Of a DNA stretch of 25,254 bases, positions 1 through 10,164 are shown in pieces. Source of the stretch: Pseudomonadota bacterium (GTDB lineage Bacteria; Myxococcota; JACRCW01; JAFGSX01); NCBI GenBank assembly GCA_043821645.1, contig JBDRCO010000133.1:1-25254 (forward strand), in the 5' to 3' direction. How positions within the stretch are numbered: position 1 is the first letter of the stretch; each line of letters opens with the position of its first letter. A program made the position numbers and the translations under genes. The notes under the pieces are model-generated. The model saw nothing but the letters and a program-made list of their open reading frames with translations, had not been told where the DNA came from and searched no databases.

Positions 1-2
1 CG

Positions 3-593
3 CCGGCGCCTGCTGCGCCCTTTGCCGCACCACCGCGACCTGCTGCGCCGCCGCCGGCCATGCCTGCCGCTGCGCCCAGGCCGCCTGCGCCCCCGGCACC
101 GGCGGGCTTCGCCTGGCAACCGGCTCCCGCCATGGCCGCCACCCCGGTGAGTCCGCCACTCGCCGCGTCACCTCCTGCCGTCGCGCCGCCGGCGGCACCG
201 TCCCGGGCTGCCTTCGATCCCTTCGGGCTTTCCCTCGACGACGCGAGCAGCGACGACGTGGATATCAGCTTCGAGGACGTGGGCAACGCGCCCCTCGCCG
301 ACATCACCCTGGAACCACCGCCGCGTCCCGCTGCTCCTCCCCCTCCCCCACCGGCGCCGGCTGCGCCCGCCCCGCCTCCAGCACCCGTGGCACCCGCTGT
401 CGCGGTGGCAACACCCCCGGCGGCGGCTCCCCTCGCCGAGCTGACGCCGGGCGCTGGTGTGAGCCAGGCCCAGCTCAGCGCTGCGGTGCGCGAGATCATC
501 GAGCAGGTGGTGTGGGAGGTCGTGCCCGAGCTCGCCGAGACCCTGATCCGTGAGGAGCTGGATCGCCTGCTGCGCGAGCGCGGCGCCACGTGA
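3..593 (+). CDS. romR: 5'-truncated RomR-like polarity response regulator (Pro/Ala-rich linker plus conserved C-terminal helix)
   Basis: The frame is open from the window edge. A long Pro/Ala linker ends in [30 protein letters not shown], which matches the RomR C-terminal motif. The gene lies directly upstream of valS, as I recall for myxobacterial romR. The receiver domain would be outside the window. Confidence 0.7.
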   Translation, partial: PAPAAPFAAPPRPAAPPPAMPAAAPRPPAPPAPAGFAWQPAPAMAATPVSPPLAASPPAVAPPAAPSRAAFDPFGLSLDDASSDDVDISFEDVGNAPLADITLEPPPRPAAPPPPPPAPAAPAPPPAPVAPAVAVATPPAAAPLAELTPGAGVSQAQLSAAVREIIEQVVWEVVPELAETLIREELDRLLRERGAT

Positions 594-747
594 GTCGCCG
601 CGCGACCCGGGTCGCGCCTCGTTCACGCATGCTCGCTCGCGTGCCCGCGCTGCCGACAAGCGCGTTGCCGCCAGCCCGCCACATTGCACGCTGACCTGTC
701 GGCCCACGCTGCCCGCGCAGCCGGCCGTCACCCCGAGGACACCGAAC

Positions 748-3607
748 ATGAGCTTCGACATGGACAAGGCCTACGACCCGCGCGCGGCCGAGGCCCGCTG
801 GTACCCGTACTGGATGGAGCAGGGCCACTTCCACGCTCACACCGCCAGCGACAAGCCTCCCTACGTCATCATGATCCCGCTGCCCAACGTCACCGGCACG
901 CTGCACATGGGCCACGCGCTGATGGTGACCATCCAGGACATCCTGATCCGCCACCACCGCATGAAGGGCTTCAACGCCCTGTGGATGCCGGGGACGGACC
1001 ACGCGGGCATCGCCACCCAGGTGGTGGTCGAGCGCGAGCTCGGCAAGCAGGGCATCAGCCGCCATGACATCGGGCGCGCAGCTTTTTTGGACAAGGTCTG
1101 GGCCTGGAAGGACAAGAACGGCAATCGCATCCTCGAGCAGCTCAAGGGCCTGGGCGCCAGCCTGGACTGGGATCGCCTGCGCTTCACCATGGACGACGTG
1201 TGCTCACGCGCGGTGGTCGAAGCCTTCGTGCGCCTGCACGACGAGGGACTGATCTACCGTGGCCACCGCCTGATCAACTGGTGCCCGCGCTGCTTGACCG
1301 CCCTGAGCAACGAGGAGGTCGAGCACGAGGACTGCCAGGGCGAGCTGTGGAGCTTTGCCTATCCCCTCGAGGACGGCGGCGAGATCGTGGTCGCCACCAC
1401 CCGGCCCGAGACCATGCTCGGCGACACCGCGGTGGCCGTGCATCCCGATGACGAGCGCTACAAGAACGTCGTCGGCAAGACCATCGTTCACCCCTTCACC
1501 GGGTACAGGCTCCGCGTCATCGCCGACAGCTACGTCGACAAGGAGTTTGGCACCGGCGCGGTCAAGATCACACCCGCCCACGACTTCAACGACTTCGAGA
1601 TGGGGCAAGCGCCACGGCCTCGACAACGTCAACATCCTCACCGACGACGGCCACATCAACGACACCGGCGCGCAGTTTGCGAAGCTGGATCGCTTCGAGG
1701 CCCGCGAGGCGGTCAAGCAGGCCCTGGTCGAGAAGGAGCTGTTCCGCGGCCGCCAGGAACACGCCATGGCCATCGGTCACTGCCAGCGCTGCAGCACCGT
1801 GGTCGAGCCCTACCTGTCCTGGCAGTGGTTCGTGAAGTGCAAGCCGCTCGCCGACAAGGCCATCGACGCCGTGGACAGCGGTCGCACCCGCATCCTGCCC
1901 GAGCTGTGGAAGAAGACCTGGGACCACTGGATGCACAACATCCAGGACTGGTGCATCAGCCGCCAGCTGTGGTGGGGCCACCAGATCCCGGCCTGGTACT
2001 GCGATGCCTGCGGCGAGATCCTCGTCGCGCGAACAGCGCCGGACGCCTGCCATGCCTGCGGTTCCAAGAAGCTGCGCCAGGACGAGGACGTGCTCGATAC
2101 CTGGTTCTCGTCGGCCATGTGGCCCTTCTCGACCCTGCACTGGCCCGACGCCACGCCCGACCTCAAGATGTTCTACCCGGGCGCCGTGCTCGAGACAGGC
2201 TTCGATATCCTGTTCTTCTGGGTAGCCCGCATGATGATGATGGGCCTGCACTTTTTGGACGACGTGCCCTTTGCGGACGTGTACCTGCACCCCATGGTGC
2301 GCGACGCCCAGGGCCGCAAGATGTCCAAGAGCCTGGGCAATGCCATCGACCCCCTCGACGTCATCGAGGGCATCACCCTCGACAAGCTGGTCGCCAAGAC
2401 ACGCACCTATCCGGTGCCCGAGAGAAAGCTGCCCCAGGTCATCGACTGGTTGAAGAAGGAGTTCGCGGACGGCATCCCGCCCTCGGGCGCGGACGGCCTG
2501 CGCTTCACCCTGGCCATCCACGCGGCCCAGGCCACCGACGTCAAGCTGAGCATCCCGCGGGTGGCCGGCTACCGCGCGTTCCTGAACAAGATCTGGAACG
2601 CAGCGCGCTTTGCCCTGATGCGCATAGCCGACGCCGAGGTGCGTCCCCTCGCCGAGGTGAAGGGCCAGCTGTCCCTGGCGGATCGCTGGATCCTGTCGCG
2701 GCTGGATCGCGCCGTGGAGGCCGCCGACCAGGCCCTGCTCGAATACCGCTTCGACGACGCGGCCAACGCCATCTACCACTTCTTCTGGAGCGAGTTCTGC
2801 GACTGGTACATCGAGTTGTCCAAGCCTACTTTGTTTGGGGGCGGTCGGCCCGCCCCCTCTGACGACGGAGCGAGTCCGTCGTCATTCACCCCTGGCAGCA
2901 CACCCACGCCCGGCGTCGAGGACGAAACGCCCGCCAAGGCAGCCACGCGCGCGACCCTGGTGCACGTGCTCGACACCTCGCTGCGCCTGCTGCACCCCAT
3001 CTGTCCCTATGCCACCGAGGAGATCTGGCAGAAGCTCCCGTCGCTGGCGCGCTGGAAGGCCCAGGGCGTCGCTTCGATCATGATCGCCCCGTACCCGCAA
3101 CCCGAGCCCTTGCAGCGTGACGAGGCCGCCGAGAAGCAGGTCGGGCGTCTGATCGAGGCGGTCACGGCGCTGCGCAACCTGCGTGCCGAGAGCAACGTCC
3201 CCGCGGGGAAGAAGATCGTGGCAGCGGTGCAGGCGCCCGACGGCTTCGACCGCGAGGTCCTGCTGGGTTTTGCCGACGAGATCCGCCAGCTCGCCAGCCT
3301 GTCCCAGCTCGAGATCACCCCACCGTCGACGGAGCAGCCAGGCGAGGTCGCCGTGGCGCACCTCGAGTGGTGCACCGTGATCGTGCCGCTGGCCGGGGCC
3401 ATAGACCTCGACGCCGAGCGGGCGCGCCTCACCAGGGAGATCGACAAGAGCGTCAAGGAGCGCCAGAGGCTGGACGCCAAGCTGCAGAACCAGGGCTTTC
3501 TGGCCAAGGCCCCGCCCGAGGTGGTGGCCAAGGACAAGGCGCGCCTCGAAGAGCTGAGCCTGGTCGTGGACAGGCTGCAGCAGAGCCTCAGTAGCTTGGG
3601 TGGCTGA
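748..3607 (+). CDS. valS: Valine--tRNA ligase, split by one extra nucleotide at 1602-1605 (probably a sequencing error)
   Basis: GAGGA at 735-739 precedes ATG 748. The first frame has the HIGH-like [30 protein letters not shown] and [15 protein letters not shown]. The second frame (ORF 1355..3607) has [28 protein letters not shown], the anticodon-binding domain and the C-terminal coiled-coil arm. Removing one G from ATGGGGCAAG restores E-M-G-K-R-H-G-L. Confidence 0.95.
2837..2884. repeat. Two tandem perfect inverted repeats inside an in-frame insertion in valS
   Basis: GGGGGCGG (2837-2844) pairs with CCGCCCCC (2850-2857). TGACGACGGA (2860-2869) pairs with TCCGTCGTCA (2875-2884). Both loops are 5 nt. 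Confidence 0.75.
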
Positions 3608-3627
3608 GTCCACCCGTCGTCACCCCG

Positions 3628-5148
3628 TCACCCCAGGCGCCGATCCAGACACCTGTAGCCAATGGCCTCGGCCACATGCGCCGCGCTGATCTCGTCCTTG
3701 CCCTCGAGGTCCGCGATGGTGCGCGCGACCTTGAGGATGCGGTCGTGAGCGCGGGCGCTCATGCCCAGTCTGTCCACCACGGTCTCGAGCAGGCGCTCAC
3801 TCTCGCCATCGGGCCTGGCGTGACGACGGAGCTGGGCCGCGCTCATGGTGGCGTTGCAGCGTGCAGCGCTGTTCTTGAACCGCTGGCGCTGGCGCTCCCG
3901 AGCTGCCTCGACGCGCGCCTGCACCACCGCGCTGGTCTCGCCCCGGCGCTCGCCACGTAGCTCGCGGTAGGCCACGGCCGGCACCTCCACGTGCAGGTCG
4001 ATGCGATCGAGCAAGGGACCGCTGAGCCGCGCTCGGTAACGCGCCACGTCGACCGAGGAGCAGGTACAGGCGCGCTTGGGATCGCCAGCATAGCCGCAGG
4101 GACAGGGATTCATGGCCGACACCAGCATCATGCGACCCGGGTAGACCACGCTGGCCAGGGCCCGGCTGATCACCACACGCCCCTCTTCGAGAGGCTGCCT
4201 GAGCACCTCGAGCACGTGCTTCTTGAACTCGGGCAGCTCGTCGAGAAAGAGCAAGCCGTTGTGCGCCAGCGACACCTCGCCGGGACGCGGCACGCTGCCG
4301 CCGCCGACCAGGCCCACATCGCTGATGGTATGGTGCGGCGCTCTGAACGGCCGCTCGCGGATCAAGCCACAGCCGCTGAGCAAGCCCATGACCGAGTACA
4401 CCTTGGTGGTCTCGAGCGATTCTTCAAAACTCATGGCCGGCAGGATCGTCGCCAGGCGCCTGGCCAGCATGGTCTTGCCCGAGCCGGGCGGGCCAATGAG
4501 CAGGAGATTGTGACCTCCGGCCGCCGCCACCTCGAGGGCGCGCTTGGCTTGCTCCTGTCCCGCCACGTCAGCCAGGTCCAGCTCACCCAGCGCGTGCGAG
4601 CTCGCGGGCTTTTCCTCTCCGGGACCGCTGAGTTCGTCCTGACCGCTGAAGAAGGCCACGATCTCGTCGAGCCGACGCGCGCAGCGCACCTCGAGCCCCT
4701 CGACCACGGCCGCCTCGGCACCGTTGTCGGGCGGCAGGATGATGCCCCGCGCGCCGTGCGCCCGTGCGGCCACCGCGAGCGGCAAGGCCCCACGCACCGG
4801 CCGCATGTCGCCGGTGAGCGACAGCTCGCCGCACAGAAACCAGGGCTGCACCTGCTCGGGGTCGACCAGCCCTGCCGCGCCCAGGATGCCCAGGGCGATG
4901 GGCAGGTCGAAGGCCGTGCCGTCCTTGCGCACGTCGGCGGGTGCCAGGTTCACGGTGATGCGGCGCTCGGGCATGGCGTAGCCCGAGTTCTTGAGCGCAG
5001 CGCCCACCCGCACCTTGCTCTCCTTGACCGCGCCCTCGGGCAGGCCCACGGTGTTGAAGTAGGGCAGGCCCAGAGCCAGGTCTACCTCGACGTCGACGCG
5101 GTAGGCATCCACGCCCAGCACCGCGCCCGATTGCACACGAAACACCAT
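3628..5148 (-). CDS. comM: YifB/ComM-family Mg-chelatase-like AAA+ ATPase
   Basis: GAGGAGG precedes ATG 5148 (MVFRVQSGAVLGVDAY). Motifs: VGLPEGAVKESKVRV, NLAPADVRKDGTAFDLPIA, Walker A GPPGSGKT, RPFRAPHHTIS, PGEVSLAHNGLLFLDELPEF, MNPCPCG, SGPLLDRID, ARTIADL. Confidence 0.93.
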   Translation of the reverse strand: MVFRVQSGAVLGVDAYRVDVEVDLALGLPYFNTVGLPEGAVKESKVRVGAALKNSGYAMPERRITVNLAPADVRKDGTAFDLPIALGILGAAGLVDPEQVQPWFLCGELSLTGDMRPVRGALPLAVAARAHGARGIILPPDNGAEAAVVEGLEVRCARRLDEIVAFFSGQDELSGPGEEKPASSHALGELDLADVAGQEQAKRALEVAAAGGHNLLLIGPPGSGKTMLARRLATILPAMSFEESLETTKVYSVMGLLSGCGLIRERPFRAPHHTISDVGLVGGGSVPRPGEVSLAHNGLLFLDELPEFKKHVLEVLRQPLEEGRVVISRALASVVYPGRMMLVSAMNPCPCGYAGDPKRACTCSSVDVARYRARLSGPLLDRIDLHVEVPAVAYRELRGERRGETSAVVQARVEAARERQRQRFKNSAARCNATMSAAQLRRHARPDGESERLLETVVDRLGMSARAHDRILKVARTIADLEGKDEISAAHVAEAIGYRCLDRRLG

Positions 5149-5259
5149 GACCGCCTCCTCGTCATCGCTGTCGCAGTGGTCAGGACTCCCGCGTTGTCGA
5201 GCCAGGACTGGCGGGACGGGCCGGCCTGGTTCGCTCGACACGCCTCGGGAGAGCGACAA

Positions 5260-5276
5260 AGCAAGTGCCTTGCCAG
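5260..5276 (-). promoter_or_regulatory. Putative sigma-54 (-24/-12) promoter upstream of comM
   Basis: The minus strand reads CTGGCAAGGCACTTGCT, giving TGGCA...TTGC with exact GG-N10-GC spacing, about 110 nt upstream of the comM start. Confidence 0.55.
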
Positions 5277-5460
5277 GCGGCGGAAGACACCGAGAGTCCG
5301 TTGCAAAGGCTCCGAGGACCACGGCACCGCGTTCGGACTGGGGCAGGCTGCGGCGGTCTGATGCAAGATGCACCACCCGCGGACGCTTGCCAGATCGGAG
5401 GCGATGGGTTTAGGGTCAAAGCGTCACTCAACTTTGCGTGACGCTTTTCTGGAGCCTGAA

Positions 5461-7812
5461 ATGAGCCTGTGCAGAGCAATAGTGGTGGTGAGCGCAGCCC
5501 TGGTGCTGCTGGCCTGTGATCCGCCGCCCGAACCGCCCCCCAGCACCGTGGTGGACGCCAACTTCAATCCGCGCGACGCCGCGGGCCAGGACAGCGCAGC
5601 CGTCGATGGCGCGACAGGTCAGGACGTGATCACGGCCCACGACGCGGCGAGCCAGGACACGAGCACCTTCTTGGACGCCGGGCGCGATGCGTCCAGTGCG
5701 GCGGATGCCGCTGCGCAGGACAGCTCGGGCCACGACGCGGGCCCCGGGGCAGATGCCGCGGCAAGCAGCGACGCCAGCACAGAGCCGGACGCTTCCGCGG
5801 GCAACGATGCGGCGAGCGGAGTGGATGGAGCGAGCTCCAGCGACGCGGCCACAGCCGACGCAGGCAGCGGCCAGACCTGCGAGACCGTGACCTTTGTCTT
5901 CAACCCGGGAGCGAGTGCCGCGACGATCCTGGTCGCAGGCGATTTTAACGGCTGGGCCGCATCGGTGTCCGCCGGCGCCTGGGCCATGAGCGATCCTGAG
6001 AGCGACGGCACGTGGACTGCCACCCGCGCCCTGAGCCCAGGCCTGTACCAGTACAAGTTCATCGTCGACGGCAACTGGCAGCACGACCCCAGCCAGCCCA
6101 CCGTGCAGGAGGGCAACAACATCAACAACCTGCTCACCTGGCGCGGCTGCACCGCGAGCTGCCCGGGCGAGTTCGACTGGCGCGATGCGGTCATGTACTT
6201 CGCCCTGGTCGACCGCTTCTTCGACAGCGACAACCAGGCCGACCCGGTGGCCGACGCCACGGACGGCGACGCCACCACCGGTCCCAGCGGCCAGTACGAG
6301 GGCGGCGACCTCGCCGGCGTCACCGACAAGATGAGCTACCTGGCAGATCTTGGCGTGACCGCGCTGTGGATCTCGGCGCCCTACGAGAACCGCAACACGG
6401 CCGGTGACTCCATCGACCCGCAGAGCGATTCGCGAAAATATTCGGCCTACCACGGCTACTGGCCCTCCCCCGCGAGCGTGGACTTTTCAGATCCTTACAG
6501 CCCCACGCCCCCGCCAGCGGTCGAGACTCGCATCGGCGACGAGACGGACCTGCGCGACCTCATCGCAGCGGCGCACGGTGCCCAGAGTGCCGATGGCCAC
6601 GGCATCAAGGTGCTGTTCGATTACGTGATGAACCACGTCGACAAGGAAAGCGGGCTGTACGCCCAGCACGACACCTGGTTCGTGCCGCCCTGGGACGGCA
6701 CCGGCTCCCAGCCGCCCGGCGCCGAGGCCAACAAGCTGGTGCTGTGCCAGCCCGGGGACCTGTGGAACGACAGCTACTGGGGCACGCGCTGCGCCTTCAC
6801 GTCCTACCTGCCCGCCTTTGACTTCTACAACCCACTGGCGCGCGGCTGGTCGATCAACGATGCCCTGTGGTGGGCAGCCGAGTATGGGATCGACGGCTAC
6901 CGACTCGACGCCATCAAGCACGTGCCCCTGAGCTGGCTCACCGAGCTGCGTACGCGGCTCACCACAGACCTCGGCGCCCCGTCCGGCGATCGCTTCTACC
7001 TGGTGGGCGAAACCTTTGACTACTACAACCGCGACACCCTGAAGACCTACATCGACCCCAGCACCATGCTCGACGGACAGTTTGACTTCCCGTTCAAGCG
7101 CAAGGTGTGCGAGGCCCTGTTTGCCAGCACCATCACCATGAACGAGCTGTCGATCTGGATGGGCGGCAACGACACTTTTTACGGCCGCAACGCCATCATG
7201 ACGACGTGGATTGGCAATCACGACATCCCGCGCGCCATTCACTTTGCCGAGCGCAATGGCCAGCTGTGGAACTCGAACCCGTCGGTGCTGGACTGCGGGC
7301 GCGGCAGCAACGCCGCCAACGGCTGGTCGCCGCAGAACTTCGTGCAACCCACGGCGGCCGAGCCCTACCAGCGCCTGGCCCTGGCCTACGCGGTGATGAT
7401 GACCAGCCCGGGCATCCCGCTGATCTACTACGGCGACGAGATCGGCCTGGCTGGCGGTGGCGATCCGGACAACAGACGCATGATGAACTGGGCCAGCCTG
7501 CCCTCGTCAGACCCGCGCGAGCAGCTGCGCAGCACCGTCAGGAAGCTCGCCCACCTGCGCGCCCAGCACCACGCCTTGAGCCGGGGCTTCCGGCTGTGGA
7601 TCAGCTCCGACGATGACACCTGGGTGTATCGCATGACGGGCTGTGGTGAGCAGGGCGAGATCGTGGTGGCCATCAACCGCGCCGACGCGGATCGCCAGGT
7701 GACCTTGCCTGCGGGAAGCTACGACGACCTGATGGCGGATCCTGTGACGACGAGAAATGGCGGGCTCACCACCCTGCCAGCTCGGTCGTTCCTGGTTCTC
7801 AGGCCGCACTGA
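5461..7812 (+). CDS. Lipoprotein alpha-amylase family glycoside hydrolase (GH13) with Asp/Ala-rich linker and CBM48/AMPK-like carbohydrate-binding module
   Basis: Signal peptide with lipobox (VLLA-C) and DA/DAA/DAG linker. CBM48-like motif LVAGDFNGW...PGLYQYKFIVDGNWQHDP. GH13 conserved regions DYVMNH, GYRLDAIKH, GETFD and WIGNHD, plus PGIPLIYYGDEIG. Confidence 0.9.
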   Translation: MSLCRAIVVVSAALVLLACDPPPEPPPSTVVDANFNPRDAAGQDSAAVDGATGQDVITAHDAASQDTSTFLDAGRDASSAADAAAQDSSGHDAGPGADAAASSDASTEPDASAGNDAASGVDGASSSDAATADAGSGQTCETVTFVFNPGASAATILVAGDFNGWAASVSAGAWAMSDPESDGTWTATRALSPGLYQYKFIVDGNWQHDPSQPTVQEGNNINNLLTWRGCTASCPGEFDWRDAVMYFALVDRFFDSDNQADPVADATDGDATTGPSGQYEGGDLAGVTDKMSYLADLGVTALWISAPYENRNTAGDSIDPQSDSRKYSAYHGYWPSPASVDFSDPYSPTPPPAVETRIGDETDLRDLIAAAHGAQSADGHGIKVLFDYVMNHVDKESGLYAQHDTWFVPPWDGTGSQPPGAEANKLVLCQPGDLWNDSYWGTRCAFTSYLPAFDFYNPLARGWSINDALWWAAEYGIDGYRLDAIKHVPLSWLTELRTRLTTDLGAPSGDRFYLVGETFDYYNRDTLKTYIDPSTMLDGQFDFPFKRKVCEALFASTITMNELSIWMGGNDTFYGRNAIMTTWIGNHDIPRAIHFAERNGQLWNSNPSVLDCGRGSNAANGWSPQNFVQPTAAEPYQRLALAYAVMMTSPGIPLIYYGDEIGLAGGGDPDNRRMMNWASLPSSDPREQLRSTVRKLAHLRAQHHALSRGFRLWISSDDDTWVYRMTGCGEQGEIVVAINRADADRQVTLPAGSYDDLMADPVTTRNGGLTTLPARSFLVLRPH

Positions 7813-7997
7813 CGGGCTCAGGCACTCCCGTCGACCGCCACCCATGTACGCACACGCACTCTCTATTTCACCGCACGCAGCCCGGACATGCTGATGCGCC
7901 GACGAGGAGACGCAGCAGTGCGTTCGGACTGGCGGTCGCATCGCGGGTTCTTGCCAATCGCCTTGAGTAGGTTTCGCACGCGCGATATCACCCAAAG

Positions 7998-8729
7998 ATG
8001 ACCACCGCAGCCAAGGTCCTCGACGCCACAGAAACACTGCGCGACGCCGTGGACAGACTGCGCTTCGCACCCCCCGTCGACGTGGTCTACAACCCCCTGC
8101 GCTACGCGATGCAGCCCTACCGGCGCTACCTCGAGAAGTTCGCAGCGGGCCCGCGCCGGGTGATCTTTCTGGGCATGAACCCCGGCCCCTTTGGCATGGC
8201 CCAGACCGGCGTGCCCTTTGGCGAGGTGGCGGCAGCGCGCGACTTCCTGGGCGTCGAGGCTCCCGTCGCCAGGCCGCGCCGCGAGCACCCCAAGCGGCCG
8301 GTGCAGGGCTTTGCCTGCACCCGCGCCGAGGTCAGCGGCCAGCGCCTGTGGGGGGCCGTGCAGCAGCACTGGGGTCAGGCCGAAAAGTTCTTCGCGCACC
8401 ACTTCGTGTCCAACTACTGTCCGCTGGTCTTCGTCGAAGCGGGGGGTAAGAACCGCACGCCTGACAAGCTGCCCGTCGACGAGCGGGAACCCCTGTTCGC
8501 GGCCTGCGATCGCCACCTGCTTCGCCTGGTCGAACTGCTCGAGGCCGAATGGGTCATCGGCGTGGGACGCTTTGCCACGGACCGTGCGCGCGAGGCCCTG
8601 TCCGGTCAGGACACGAAGATAGGCACGGTGCTGCATCCCAGCCCGGCCAGTCCCCTCGCCAACAAGGGCTGGGCCGAGCAGGCGGCCAGACAGCTCGCCG
8701 AGCTCGGGCTGTGCACCAAAAAAGTGTGA
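7998..8729 (+). CDS. SMUG1-type (family 3) uracil-DNA glycosylase
   Basis: Signature GMNPGPFGMAQTGVPFG, EVSGQRLWG, NYCPL, NRTPDKL and HPSPASP. Confidence 0.9.
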   Translation: MTTAAKVLDATETLRDAVDRLRFAPPVDVVYNPLRYAMQPYRRYLEKFAAGPRRVIFLGMNPGPFGMAQTGVPFGEVAAARDFLGVEAPVARPRREHPKRPVQGFACTRAEVSGQRLWGAVQQHWGQAEKFFAHHFVSNYCPLVFVEAGGKNRTPDKLPVDEREPLFAACDRHLLRLVELLEAEWVIGVGRFATDRAREALSGQDTKIGTVLHPSPASPLANKGWAEQAARQLAELGLCTKKV

Positions 8730-8779
8730 GTATCGCTACGGCCCGTTGAGGAAGGTGCCGGGGCGTGGCGCGTAGCGGC

Positions 8780-10099
8780 TCAGGCCTTGTCAGGCAGCGG
8801 CTGCAGGCTCTGCGCGGCGACCGCCCGGACCTCGAAGCGCAGCAGCCCCTTGCGCAGTATCGCCCGCAGCGGGGCATCGACCTGCATCACATCAGCGCGG
8901 ATCTGCCGCTCGAGTTCGCGGGCCCGAGCATCGAAGATGTTTGGATCCAAGCGGAGCTCGACGTCGAGCCGCGCATGCCGGGGTGAGTTCTCGTCGATGT
9001 GAAGCTGCCAGCGCGGCAGACCGATGTCGCGACAGCGCAAGAACCCGAGCTTGACCATGGGGTGCTCGCCACGCTCGACCTCGGGCATGGCCTCGAGCAC
9101 ATCCTGTACGTGCAGGGGCGACAACACGAAGCGCCCTCGCTCGCCGTCCCGCACCACCACGCCGCGCCGCAGGCGGCCCAGGCAGCGCAGGCCACGCTGT
9201 CCCGTGACCTTGCAGCGGGGTCCCAGCTCGACGACATCGCCGGTGTCGTAGCGAATGAGCGGCATGGTCTGCACGTAGGGGAATATACCCGTCAGCAGCA
9301 GCAAGCCCTCGCCGCGCGTGCGACGCTGGCCCGTGCACAGGTCCACGACTTCGTAGATCACAGGCGGCCAGCCCCAGTGTAGCCAGCCGCAGTGCGAACA
9401 CTCTGTGGCTGGGGTGGCGAACTCGCTCAGGCTGTAGTTGTCGACGAGGGTGGCCCCGAAGGCACGGCCAATGCGCTCGCGCCAAAACGGAGACAGCCGG
9501 AAGCTGTTGGTGCCGATGACCCGAAGCCCGAAGCGACGCGGGTCCCGGCCCTGTTCGAGTTGCCAGACGGTAAAGCAGCGCAGAGCACCCACGCTGATGC
9601 GCAGGACGTCGGCATGCCTGCCATCAGGAGTCGGGCTCTCGAGCGCCGCCTCGAGCAGGTGCATCGCGTTGGGATGATGCAGCCAGGGCACCAGGATCTC
9701 GCGCGGCGGTGGCGGGCCCGCAGGCAAACCGTGCTTGACGTTGACCACCACCACGGTCCAGCCGGTGTCTGCGGGATCGCCGTCCACGTCGTCGACGGCC
9801 ATGGCCTCGGCCTCGGCGTCCGATGTGCGCACCATCAAGGGTGCGTGGTCGCCACTGTTGCGCGTGGTGCCAGAGGACGCGATGCCCACGCCCGGCGGCA
9901 CCGGACCCACCAGCAGCTCGTGCTGATGGGCCATGGCCGTGACCTTGTCGAGCACGGGCAGCAGGGCCAGGTCGTCGAGCGTGTGCACTCGCCGCCAGCG
10001 CTGCCCGAATGCCCGGCGATAGTAAGGGGCACGCACGGCGTGACCGAGGGTGTCCGCCAGCAACTCGCGCCAGGACTGTCGACGAGATCCGGGCATCAT
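8780..10099 (-). CDS. Divergent phenylacetate-CoA ligase/CapK-like adenylate-forming (ANL) enzyme
   Basis: PYYRR...LALLPVLDK N-terminus, SSGTT P-loop, NYSLSEF (YGxxE-like), MPLIRYDTGD and LGR. The start could be 10096, 10099 or 10114. Confidence 0.7.
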   Translation of the reverse strand: MMPGSRRQSWRELLADTLGHAVRAPYYRRAFGQRWRRVHTLDDLALLPVLDKVTAMAHQHELLVGPVPPGVGIASSGTTRNSGDHAPLMVRTSDAEAEAMAVDDVDGDPADTGWTVVVVNVKHGLPAGPPPPREILVPWLHHPNAMHLLEAALESPTPDGRHADVLRISVGALRCFTVWQLEQGRDPRRFGLRVIGTNSFRLSPFWRERIGRAFGATLVDNYSLSEFATPATECSHCGWLHWGWPPVIYEVVDLCTGQRRTRGEGLLLLTGIFPYVQTMPLIRYDTGDVVELGPRCKVTGQRGLRCLGRLRRGVVVRDGERGRFVLSPLHVQDVLEAMPEVERGEHPMVKLGFLRCRDIGLPRWQLHIDENSPRHARLDVELRLDPNIFDARARELERQIRADVMQVDAPLRAILRKGLLRFEVRAVAAQSLQPLPDKA

Positions 10100-10164
10100 G
10101 CCACGCGGAACCAAGGTGTTGAAGACGTCGCGCGGTCGAGCACCGTGCAGGGGAGGCTCAGGTC

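Noticed and set aside
1606-2862. Arg/Pro-rich C-terminal half of ORF 550..2862
   Set aside because: It is out-of-frame read-through after the valS frameshift. The real ValRS sequence continues in the other frame.
3628-5148. Mobile element inserted in comM, a known integration hotspot
   Set aside because: The gene is full length and uninterrupted, and no integrase or att-like duplication is visible.
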